Shown: positions 55,857-63,474 of the stretch, one piece after another
Layout of the letters: every line of letters starts with the position of its first letter
How positions within the stretch are numbered: position 1 is the stretch's first letter
IMG/VR virus record: IMGVR_UViG_3300031555_001748
Location: 1-64,000 of that record
DNA: 64,000 nt
Origin: a virus
Lineage: Duplodnaviria; Caudoviricetes
Strand: one strand, 5' to 3'
Notes under the pieces: generated by a model
Database searches by the model: none
What the model was told of the DNA's origin: nothing
The model's input: the letters and a program-made list of their open reading frames with translations, nothing else
Position numbers and translations under genes: made by a program

Positions 55857-58097
55857 ATGACAACTGTTCAAGAATGGTTAGGAAAAGACAATAAATTAGG
55901 AATTGATATTTGGACAAATAAATATCAGTTCGAAAATGAAACATTTAACGAATGGTTAGACAGAGTTTCTAATGGCAATGAAGATGTAAAAAGACTGATT
56001 CTTGAAAAGAAATTCTTATTTGGTGGTCGAATTCTGTCTAATCGTGGACTTTATAAGAAGGGTATTAAAACTACTCTTTCCAATTGCTATGTAATCGCAC
56101 CACCTGAAGATAGTATTGAATCAATTTTTGAATGTGCCACTAAATTAGCACGAACCTATTCCTATGGTGGCGGTTGCGGCATTGACATTAGCAAGCTTGC
56201 TCCAAGAGGTGCAAAAGTCAGAAATACAGCAAAGGAAACTTCTGGTTCTGTATCCTTTATGGATTTGTATTCTCTGGTAACTGGTTTGATTGGTCAGAAT
56301 GGTCGTAGAGGCGCTTTAATGATTTCTCTGGCTTGTGACCATCCAGATATCGAAGAATTCATTGAAATCAAGTCAGACCTCGAAAGAGTAACTAAGGCAA
56401 ATATCTCTATCCGTATTACTGACAAGTTTATGGAAGCCGTAGAGAAGAACGAGGACTTTGTTTTATCTTTTACTAGAGAAGAGACCAATGATACTATTAC
56501 AAAAACAATCAATGCAAGAGAGCTGTTTCATAAGATTTGTGAAATGAACTGGGACTACGCAGAGCCAGGAATGTTGTTCTGGGATAGAATTGAAAACTGG
56601 AATATGTTAAGCAATGATAGCAACTTTCATTATGCTGGCACTAATCCTTGTGCAGAAGAACCTCTTCCTGCTGGTGGTAGCTGTCTATTAGGAAGCATCA
56701 ATCTTTCTGAGTTTGTAACCAAAGATAAAAACTTTGATTATAATAGTTTTGTTGAAGCTGTAGATATTGCAGTAAAGGCATTAAACGAAGTTCTTGATGA
56801 AGGTCTTGAGTTGCATCCTTTGCAAGAGCAAAGAGACTCAGTGAGAGATTGGAGACAGATTGGACTTGGCATCTTTGGCTTGGCTGATATGCTTATCAAG
56901 ATGAATATTAAATATGGAAGCAAGGAATCTATTGCTCTGTGTGATAAGATTGGTTTCGCAATGGCAGACCAAGCAATTTATACGTCTGCTGTTATAGCAA
57001 AAGACAACGGTGTATATCCAAAGTATAATTCTATTGCGGTTGAGACATCTCCTTATCTGAGAGAAAATGTCATTGATGCAACTTATAGAAATGTGAAAAT
57101 GTATGGTCTCCATAATTCTCAGTTGCTGACAATCGCTCCTACTGGCAGTCTATCCTCTATGCTTGGTGTATCTGGTGGCATCGAACCTATCTTTGCAAAT
57201 TTCTATACAAGAAAGACAGAATCTCTTCTTGGTCATGATGAATATTATAAGGTTTATACTCCCATTGTCGAAAGGTATATGAAGGAACATAATATTACAG
57301 ACGATGCTATGCTTCCCGACTTCTTTATCACTGCACAGGATTTAAATTATAAGGATAGAATCGCAATGCAAGCTGTTTGGCAGAAGCATATTGATGCATC
57401 TATTAGCTCTACTGTTAATGTTCCCAATAGCTTTACAGTGGAAGAAACCGAAGACCTGTATATGTCTGCTTGGAAGTCTGGTTTGAAGGGTGTTACTATT
57501 TTCCGTGATGGTTGCAAGAGAACTGGTATTTTGACCACTACCGAAACCACCACAGAGGAAGAATCCAATACGGAGTTAAAACGTGGTGAGATTATCGCTA
57601 CAGATGATACTATCATCGGTCTGAAGCGTAAGCTTATGACTGGCTGCGGTTCTTTACATTGTCAAGCATTCTTTGACCCTAGCAATGGTGAATTAAGAGA
57701 AATTTATCTCAGCAAGGGTTCTACTGGTGGTTGTAACAATTTTATGATTGGTCTATCCAGAATGATTTCTGCCGCTGCTAGAGCAGGTGTTTCTATTGAT
57801 GATATTGTTGACCAGTTAATGTCTACTGGTGCTTGCCCTAGCTACGCTAAGCGAGGTAAGAGCAAGGGTTCTTGCTGTCCTATGGCAATTGGTTATGCAT
57901 TAAAGGATATGCACAAGCAATTTAATGAGTGCTTTGTAAATAAATTGTCTGTCACTGAAGAACCAGAAAGTGTCGAAGTCGAACATCATACTGAGAAAAA
58001 GAGCAAGATTTTATGTCCTAACTGCGGAGAAGAATTAGTGTTTGAAGGTGGTTGCAATAGCTGTAAGGCATGTGGTTGGAGCAAGTGTGACTTATAA
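55857..58097 (+). CDS. nrdJ: Class II (adenosylcobalamin-dependent) ribonucleotide reductase
   Basis: SNCY, GGGCG, RRGA, NPCAEEPL, TIAPTGS, QKHIDASISST and TIFRDG, with a C-terminal TSCPD-like domain and Zn ribbon. Confidence 0.95.
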   Translation: MTTVQEWLGKDNKLGIDIWTNKYQFENETFNEWLDRVSNGNEDVKRLILEKKFLFGGRILSNRGLYKKGIKTTLSNCYVIAPPEDSIESIFECATKLARTYSYGGGCGIDISKLAPRGAKVRNTAKETSGSVSFMDLYSLVTGLIGQNGRRGALMISLACDHPDIEEFIEIKSDLERVTKANISIRITDKFMEAVEKNEDFVLSFTREETNDTITKTINARELFHKICEMNWDYAEPGMLFWDRIENWNMLSNDSNFHYAGTNPCAEEPLPAGGSCLLGSINLSEFVTKDKNFDYNSFVEAVDIAVKALNEVLDEGLELHPLQEQRDSVRDWRQIGLGIFGLADMLIKMNIKYGSKESIALCDKIGFAMADQAIYTSAVIAKDNGVYPKYNSIAVETSPYLRENVIDATYRNVKMYGLHNSQLLTIAPTGSLSSMLGVSGGIEPIFANFYTRKTESLLGHDEYYKVYTPIVERYMKEHNITDDAMLPDFFITAQDLNYKDRIAMQAVWQKHIDASISSTVNVPNSFTVEETEDLYMSAWKSGLKGVTIFRDGCKRTGILTTTETTTEEESNTELKRGEIIATDDTIIGLKRKLMTGCGSLHCQAFFDPSNGELREIYLSKGSTGGCNNFMIGLSRMISAAARAGVSIDDIVDQLMSTGACPSYAKRGKSKGSCCPMAIGYALKDMHKQFNECFVNKLSVTEEPESVEVEHHTEKKSKILCPNCGEELVFEGGCNSCKACGWSKCDL

Positions 58098-58117
58098 GGT
58101 TATAAGGAGAATAATGA

Positions 58118-58570
58118 ATGGGCAGAGTTAGAGGTTTTGAAGTAGTAATTGATGAAAAGAGAAAGACCGCTGGTGATATCACATTACCGACCAGAGGTTC
58201 TAGCAAGGCTATGGCATATGACTTTTATGCTACAGATAATTATGTTGTAAGACCTAATAAGATTGCAAAGGTATGGACTGATGTAAAAGCATATATGCAA
58301 GATGATGAATGCTTAATTCTTAATGTTCGCAGTTCTATGGGTGGTAAGTTTATGCTTGCCAATACTCAAGGATGGATTGACCAAGATTACTATTCCAATG
58401 AAGGTAATGATGGTAATATTGGCATCTTCTTAATGAATATCAGTGACGAAGACCAGTTGATTAGAAAGGGAGATAGAGTCGCTCAGGGCGCATTTTTTAA
58501 GTTCCTAATCGCAGACAATGGTAATACCGACAATATTAGAACTGGCGGATTTGGTAGTACAAATAAGTAA
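58118..58570 (+). CDS. dut: Trimeric dUTPase
   Basis: AYDF, RSS, GWIDQDY, RVAQG and RTGGFGST motifs. Confidence 0.95.
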   Translation: MGRVRGFEVVIDEKRKTAGDITLPTRGSSKAMAYDFYATDNYVVRPNKIAKVWTDVKAYMQDDECLILNVRSSMGGKFMLANTQGWIDQDYYSNEGNDGNIGIFLMNISDEDQLIRKGDRVAQGAFFKFLIADNGNTDNIRTGGFGSTNK

Positions 58571-58576
58571 ATTTAG

Positions 58577-58624
58577 ACACAACATATAGTGGTCAAAACG
58601 AAATGAAACCACTATATGTTGTGG
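58577..58624. promoter_or_regulatory. Tandem NrdR-like boxes
   Basis: ACACAACATATAGTGG and CCACTATATGTTGTGG, starts 32 bp apart, both fit acaCwAtATaTwGtg. Confidence 0.65.
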
Positions 58625-58667
58625 TCAATAACCACTTAAAATTCTAATTTTATAATGAGGTGTTTAT

Positions 58668-58958
58668 ATGAAGCTAAAAGAAGCTAGAAAGTCAGCTATT
58701 AAGTATTGTGAAGAAAACAATTGTAACTACACCTATATTTCACATGATAATGTTGAAGAATTTTATTTGACAGACAAGGAGAACCAGCATACTGTATTTT
58801 TTGTAAATAAGAATGGCAGCTTAAATGCTTGTCGTACAACACAGTATGCAGTTGATTTCCATAAGGAATTGAAGAGGCGAAAGAAGAATCGAAGGAGCAA
58901 TGGCAAGAAGAAGATTGCAGAAATGCTAAATCGTGATGACGAGGAAGCTGTAGGCTAA
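58668..58958 (+). CDS. Hypothetical basic protein
   Basis: ORF with a GAGG RBS. Confidence 0.55.
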   Translation: MKLKEARKSAIKYCEENNCNYTYISHDNVEEFYLTDKENQHTVFFVNKNGSLNACRTTQYAVDFHKELKRRKKNRRSNGKKKIAEMLNRDDEEAVG

Positions 58959-58971
58959 TTGAGGTAAGGAA

Positions 58972-59568
58972 ATGAACTATTATATTTCGGACATCCATTT
59001 TGGTTGTCAAAATAGTTATGACGGACGCACCTTAGAGCATGATAGAATTGTAAAAGAAAATTGGAATCGTGTTGTAACCAATGCAGACAATGTTTATATA
59101 TTGGGTGACATAGGCAAGATTGGAAACAACCAAGACACCGAAAGACTCATTGAAATTATTGCTACTCTTAAAGGGCGTAAGACGCTTGTAGTGGGCAATC
59201 ATGATGTGCTGAGAGACATCCGTCTAAAGCAGTTGTTTATTGAAGTTTGTGACTATAAAGAAATTGCAGATAACTATAATGGAATGAACCATAAATTAGT
59301 GTTGTCTCACTATCCAATTTTATTTTGGAACGGACAACATAAAGGCTGGATTCATTTATATGGGCATGTTCATATGTCTGAAGAATGGGAAGTATACAAG
59401 CAGTCTTTGAATTATGTAAACGAGTATTTTAAGGATAAGACTATGAAGGGTTATACTGACTGTCCGCCAGCGGTTGCATACAATGTTGGAGCAGCGCTGC
59501 CATATATGGATTGGACTCCAAGAACTTTGAAAGAAATTATTATTGAAAATTCTGAAAAAAGTTCTTGA
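58972..59568 (+). CDS. Calcineurin-like metallophosphoesterase
   Basis: SDIHFG, LGD, VGNHD, SHYP and YGHVH. Confidence 0.92.
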   Translation: MNYYISDIHFGCQNSYDGRTLEHDRIVKENWNRVVTNADNVYILGDIGKIGNNQDTERLIEIIATLKGRKTLVVGNHDVLRDIRLKQLFIEVCDYKEIADNYNGMNHKLVLSHYPILFWNGQHKGWIHLYGHVHMSEEWEVYKQSLNYVNEYFKDKTMKGYTDCPPAVAYNVGAALPYMDWTPRTLKEIIIENSEKSS

Positions 59569-59802
59569 CAATTAATTGAATATATAGTATAATACATACA
59601 GTCGATGAGCCGAATGAACTACTTGATAATGAAATAAAAAAATATCAGAAAATTCAAAAAAGTTCTTGACAAACGATTCTTAATATGGTATAATACATAC
59701 AGTCAGAAACGAAGCAAGTAATAATGTTTCAAAAGTTCTTAAAAAGAAATTTGAAAAAACTTCAAAAAAGTACTTGACAAATGCTTCTGAGTATGCTATA
59801 AT
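59565..59802 (+). promoter_or_regulatory. Three tandem consensus sigma-A promoters upstream of the tRNA array
   Basis: TTGACA-N17-TATAAT at 59565, 59666 and 59774, each with an upstream A-tract and downstream ACA(T/C)ACAGT. Confidence 0.92.
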
Positions 59803-59867
59803 ACACACAGTTAAGAGAAACAAAAACTTCTTGGCTATACAACTAATAAGGTTATATAGCCAAACAT

Positions 59868-59944
59868 GACGGTGTAGCTCAGTTGGTAGCAGCAATTGCC
59901 TTTTAAGCAATGGGTCGGGAGTTCGAACCTCCCCGCCGTCACCA
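59868..59944 (+). tRNA. trnK: tRNA-Lys(TTT)
   Basis: Loop CTTTTAA, cloverleaf, CCA. Confidence 0.93.
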
Positions 59945-59950
59945 AAACAT

Positions 59951-60026
59951 GCTCTTGTAGCTCAATCGGTTAGAGCCTGTGACTTATAATCGCAAGATGT
60001 GGGTTCAAGTCCCAACAGGAGCACCA
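59951..60026 (+). tRNA. trnI: tRNA-Ile(TAT)
   Basis: Loop CTTATAA, normal short variable loop, CCA. Confidence 0.92.
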
Positions 60027-60030
60027 ATAT

Positions 60031-60113
60031 GCTGGTGTGATGAAATGGTAGACATATGAGACTTAAAATCTCAGGCTTCGTGCGTGTGGGTTCGAGTCCC
60101 ATCACCAGTACCA
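60031..60113 (+). tRNA. trnL: tRNA-Leu(TAA)
   Basis: Loop CTTAAAA, long variable arm, CCA. Confidence 0.93.
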
Positions 60114-60203
60114 AAGGGTATCCTCCAATGCCCTTCCTTTCGGTTGATACGTACATATGACAAATCGGAATAGTACGGTTGACTGCTGGACAGACAGCAA
60201 CAT

Positions 60204-60277
60204 AGAGGATGTAGTGTAATGGTAACACGCTTGCTTTGGGAGCATGAATAGGGGTTCGAGTCCCACATCTTCTACCA
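60204..60277 (+). tRNA. trnP: tRNA-Pro(TGG), slightly atypical
   Basis: Loop TTTGGGA and CCA; 8-bp acceptor pairing and a weak T-stem. Confidence 0.78.
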
Positions 60278-60320
60278 TAAAAATAAAATCAAATAAACAA
60301 AAAAAGAAAGGTACAACAAT

Positions 60321-60563
60321 ATGAGGCTTTCAAATATTTCTGAAGTTAACGATTTTTTGAGAACCGTAGACAGATGTACTGGTGATGTATGGCTTGAATC
60401 TGCTGATGGCGACAAGATTAACCTTAAGTCTAAGCTGTCTCAGTACATTGCAATCAGCGCTTTAATCAATTGCGAAGGTGATAGCTTAGAGCTGTTTTGC
60501 TCTAACCCAGAAGATGAAATGAAGTTCTTTAAGTTCTTTTTTGATTATCCGAAGGTACTGTAA
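60321..60563 (+). CDS. HPr-like small protein
   Basis: NDFLRTVDRCTGDVWLES.DGDKINLKS resembles the HPr fold; the canonical His15 is not seen. Confidence 0.65.
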   Translation: MRLSNISEVNDFLRTVDRCTGDVWLESADGDKINLKSKLSQYIAISALINCEGDSLELFCSNPEDEMKFFKFFFDYPKVL

Positions 60564-60785
60564 ATGGCAAGAACATCATCTAAAATTGTGAAATCAATTC
60601 CTGCCTCAGAAACAGGAAGCAGAGTAAGCTGTCTTAATGGTAAGTATGTTATTACTCAAAATCCCTTAAAAGAACAGTTTACTCTTTGGGAGTCCGTTAA
60701 AGATGGGTTTGAAAGAATTAAAACATCTGATAATCCATTAGATTTCGACAAGGTGATTCCTTGGCAAAACAATATGCAGGATTAG
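60564..60785 (+). CDS. Hypothetical protein; stop codon lies inside tRNA-Arg
   Basis: Abuts the previous ORF; the last 10 nt overlap the tRNA 5' end. Confidence 0.5.
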   Translation: MARTSSKIVKSIPASETGSRVSCLNGKYVITQNPLKEQFTLWESVKDGFERIKTSDNPLDFDKVIPWQNNMQD

Positions 60786-60852
60786 CTCAGTAGGATAGAG
60801 CAACTGCCTTCTAAGCAGTAGGTCATTGGTTCGAATCCAATATCCTGTGCCA
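60776..60852 (+). tRNA. trnR: tRNA-Arg(TCT)
   Basis: Loop CTTCTAA, CCA. Confidence 0.94.
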
Positions 60853-60855
60853 TAT

Positions 60856-60938
60856 GCAGATATGGTGGAATTGGCAGACACGCATGATTTAGGCTCATGT
60901 GCTTCGGCATGAGGGTTCGACTCCCTCTATCTGCACCA
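60856..60938 (+). tRNA. trnL: tRNA-Leu(TAG)
   Basis: Loop TTTAGGC, variable arm, CCA. Confidence 0.93.
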
Positions 60939-60943
60939 AATAT

Positions 60944-61019
60944 AGCGGCTTAGCCAAGCGGTAAGGCATCAGACTTTGACTCTGACATTTCACTGGTTCG
61001 AATCCAGTAGTCGCTGCCA
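60944..61019 (+). tRNA. trnQ: tRNA-Gln(TTG)
   Basis: Loop CTTTGAC, CCA. Confidence 0.93.
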
Positions 61020-61022
61020 AAT

Positions 61023-61097
61023 GGCGCATTGGTCAAGTGGTTAAGACACTGCCCTTTCACGGCGGTAACACGGGTTCGAATCCCGTATGCGTCACCA
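61023..61097 (+). tRNA. trnE: tRNA-Glu(TTC)
   Basis: Loop CTTTCAC, CCA. Confidence 0.94.
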
Positions 61098-61102
61098 CAT
61101 AT

Positions 61103-61178
61103 GCTGGTATAGCTCAGTCGGTAGAGCAACTGATTTGTAATCAGTAGGTCGGGGGTTCGAGTCCGTCTACCAGCTCCA
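61103..61178 (+). tRNA. trnT: tRNA-Thr(TGT)
   Basis: Loop TTTGTAA, CCA. Confidence 0.94.
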
Positions 61179-61182
61179 ATAT

Positions 61183-61259
61183 GTTCTATTAGCTCAGCAG
61201 GTTAGAGCGCATGGTTTACACCCATGAGGTCATTGGTTCGAGTCCAATATGGAACACCA
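61183..61259 (+). tRNA. trnV: tRNA-Val(TAC)
   Basis: Loop TTTACAC, CCA. Confidence 0.94.
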
Positions 61260-61262
61260 TAT

Positions 61263-61353
61263 GGAGAGTTGTCCGAGCGGTTTAAGGAGCCAGTCTTGAA
61301 AACTGGTGATGGATGAAAGTCCACCGTGGGTTCGAATCCCACACTCTCCGCCA
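61263..61353 (+). tRNA. trnS: tRNA-Ser(TGA)
   Basis: Loop CTTGAAA, long variable arm, G73, CCA. Confidence 0.94.
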
Positions 61354-61436
61354 AATATCGTAGAATTCCATAAAATCCGTCCTGCCTCACAATCTGTACC
61401 TGTTGCCGCAGGTTGGCTAAAAAAGCAGATTGATAT

Positions 61437-61523
61437 GCCGATGTGATGGAATTGGTAGACGTAGTGGACTCAAAATCCACCGCTAGTGATAGCGTAGGGG
61501 TTCGACTCCCCTCATCGGCACCA
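61437..61523 (+). tRNA. trnL: tRNA-Leu(CAA)
   Basis: Loop CTCAAAA, variable arm, CCA. Confidence 0.94.
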
Positions 61524-61531
61524 AAATACAT

Positions 61532-61607
61532 GCGGTTGTAGCTCAATTGGTAGAGTCCTTGCCTTCCAAGCAAGTTGTTGCGAGTTCAAGTCTCGTCAGC
61601 CGCTCCA
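61532..61607 (+). tRNA. trnG: tRNA-Gly(TCC)
   Basis: Loop CTTCCAA, U73, CCA. Confidence 0.94.
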
Positions 61608-61650
61608 TGCTCACTCAAAGAGTGATAACAAAACAAAAGAAAGTGAGAAA

Positions 61651-62262
61651 ATGAATATGCATATTAATATTAACGATAAGTTTGTTGCGGTAAAGAAGAT
61701 GTGGTTTCTTGACGAAGGAACTGTAGTCAATATTACCAATGTGTCCGAAGATGGCATCATCTCATTTACCTTTGGTGAAAATAACACAAACAACGGCTAT
61801 ATGGATACCGCTACATTTGCAGAACATTTCAAGAAACTTGAGGATATGACTGCAAAAATTAAAGCGCCTACAATCACAGATGAATACATTGCAGAAATCA
61901 TGGAGAATTCTGAATTTGAAATTCATACTGTATTTGATAAGTGTACAGTTGTTTCTTGCCGTCTTCCCAATGGCTTCGTAATCACAGAATCTTCTTCTTG
62001 TGTAAGTCCTGAGAATTACGACGAAGATACGGGAGCAGAAATTTGCTTCGATAAGATTTCAGATAAGATTTGGGAACTGGAAGCATACAGACTTCAGCAG
62101 TGGCTGTGGGAAGAGGAAGTATGCGATTGCGGTTGTGAGAACTGCGACGGCAGAGAGTGCATTTGCGAAGAAGATGACGACGAGTTCGATGAATGTCTGG
62201 ATACTGATTTAGACTGCGATGATTGCGACGATTATGACTGCCCTCATAATCCTAATTACTAA
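61651..62262 (+). CDS. Gp49-family (N4 gp49/Sf6 gp66-like) protein with a Cys/Asp-rich tail
   Basis: TVVSCRLPNGFVITESSSCVSPENYDEDTG..ICFDKISDKIWELEAY. Confidence 0.8.
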   Translation: MNMHININDKFVAVKKMWFLDEGTVVNITNVSEDGIISFTFGENNTNNGYMDTATFAEHFKKLEDMTAKIKAPTITDEYIAEIMENSEFEIHTVFDKCTVVSCRLPNGFVITESSSCVSPENYDEDTGAEICFDKISDKIWELEAYRLQQWLWEEEVCDCGCENCDGRECICEEDDDEFDECLDTDLDCDDCDDYDCPHNPNY

Positions 62263-62288
62263 TATTATAACAAATGAATAAAAACAAG

Positions 62289-62336
62289 GCACAATATGTA
62301 GTAGTAGGCAACAATTAAAAACACTATATGTTGTGT
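62289..62336. promoter_or_regulatory. Tandem NrdR-like boxes (second pair)
   Basis: GCACAATATGTAGTAG and ACACTATATGTTGTGT, starts 32 bp apart. Confidence 0.6.
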
Positions 62337-62365
62337 CTTGTTGCGTATAAAATATAGATTTTAAG

Positions 62366-63404
62366 GTGGTGGCGAGTATCTTTAACATAAATATGGGATA
62401 CATTGGAGACATTTTTGAAATGCATGAAGTTATCTTTGAAGTTTATGTGGAAGACAAACTAACCAACAGGCAGCAAATGCAAGCTCCTAAACAAATGCTG
62501 ATAGCTAATTTTATAGAAACTGCAAAGAGAATTAAAAACGACAAAAGACCAATTAAGATTAAAATGATTAAACCAGAAATTATTTGGGACACCTTTGAAC
62601 AAAAGCAAAAGGTTCTAAATAATGAAATTGAATTAGGCAACAATGCAATGGTTGCTTGGGAAGAAAGTAAAAAAGAGGTGTAAGACCATGAAGGTATTAA
62701 AAGATAATTATAATAAGACCGTTGTTGATGAAGTAATTGAAATGTCAAAGCCATATCCTCGTAAGCATATTTGCGATAGTTGTTTATCTGAGCTGGAGTA
62801 TGAAGAATCTGACCTGTATATGGGTGCATATGGCTGTATGCATTTGGATTGTACGCTGTGTGGTGAAGACAATATGCTTGACCCACATGAAAAGAATATT
62901 GTATTAACCAAAGACAACATTGAATTCCCCACACATTTCCATCATGTGTGCGTAGAAAACGGTGCTGTTGAGTGTTGTGAAGAGTATTTTAAGGAATATA
63001 TCAATAAGGCTATTGATTATTTGAGAAAGCATAAGGGCGAAACGGACTGGGGCGGACATATTACTGGCAACTTTTATATTAATGTTCACAAATGGAGCGG
63101 CGATAAACTGTATGATGTGACTGTTAGCAGAGATTTCTATACTATGGAAATCCCATTTGAAGAAGCAGATTATAACGATGAAGATTGGTTTGATTGATTT
63201 ATGATATACCATGAAAACGGATGTGTAGATTGTGGCTTGCCGTGTTTACTTACATCATGTCCTCATTACAAAGTAATGCATTCTAAGTGTGATTTTTGTC
63301 ACGACATAGATATAAAATTATATCATTACAATGGTTATGAAATATGTGAAGAATGCCTTCTTAAAGAATTTGAAGTGGTTGATGGAACCGATGATTGGTG
63401 TTGA
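62366..63404 (+). other. Three hypothetical ORFs (about 62420-62683, 62688-63197, 63201-63404), two of them Cys-rich
   Basis: ORF track; CxxC pairs in the last two. Confidence 0.6.
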
Positions 63405-63408
63405 TAAT

Positions 63409-63451
63409 TAGGGAACTTTGGTATGCAAAATTTCATATTAAAGTTCCCTAA
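63409..63451. terminator. Long hairpin TAGGGAACTTT...AAAGTTCCCTA
   Basis: 11-bp perfect arms with further internal pairing, intergenic. Confidence 0.6.
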
Positions 63452-63474
63452 AACTTAATAAAGGAGATAATTTA

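Larger units (their letters stand above)
235..62363. repeat. Dispersed gene-junction palindrome TAAAA-N6-TTTTA (at least 45 perfect copies)
   Basis: Start positions read by eye: 235, 621, 3404, 4224, 4757, 4988, 5907, 11136, 11431, 11717, 12283, 14823, 15044, 15626, 16646, 17120, 17732, 17901, 18426, 19502, 19872, 20492, 20748, 21213, 23148, 23783, 25076, 26194, 26397, 26640, 26926, 27227, 28309, 28979, 29617, 42536, 43970, 44193, 45806, 46499, 46816, 47444, 47639, 58637, 62348. Confidence 0.95.

Noticed and set aside
38921-58097. Inteins or introns in DnaB, DnaE, RecD2, LigA and RNR
   Set aside because: Lengths are near normal, reading frames are continuous, and no intein terminal motifs were seen.
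59962-61573. ORFs 59962-60228, 60071-60268 and 61202-61573
   Set aside because: They are translations of tRNA genes or their antisense strand.
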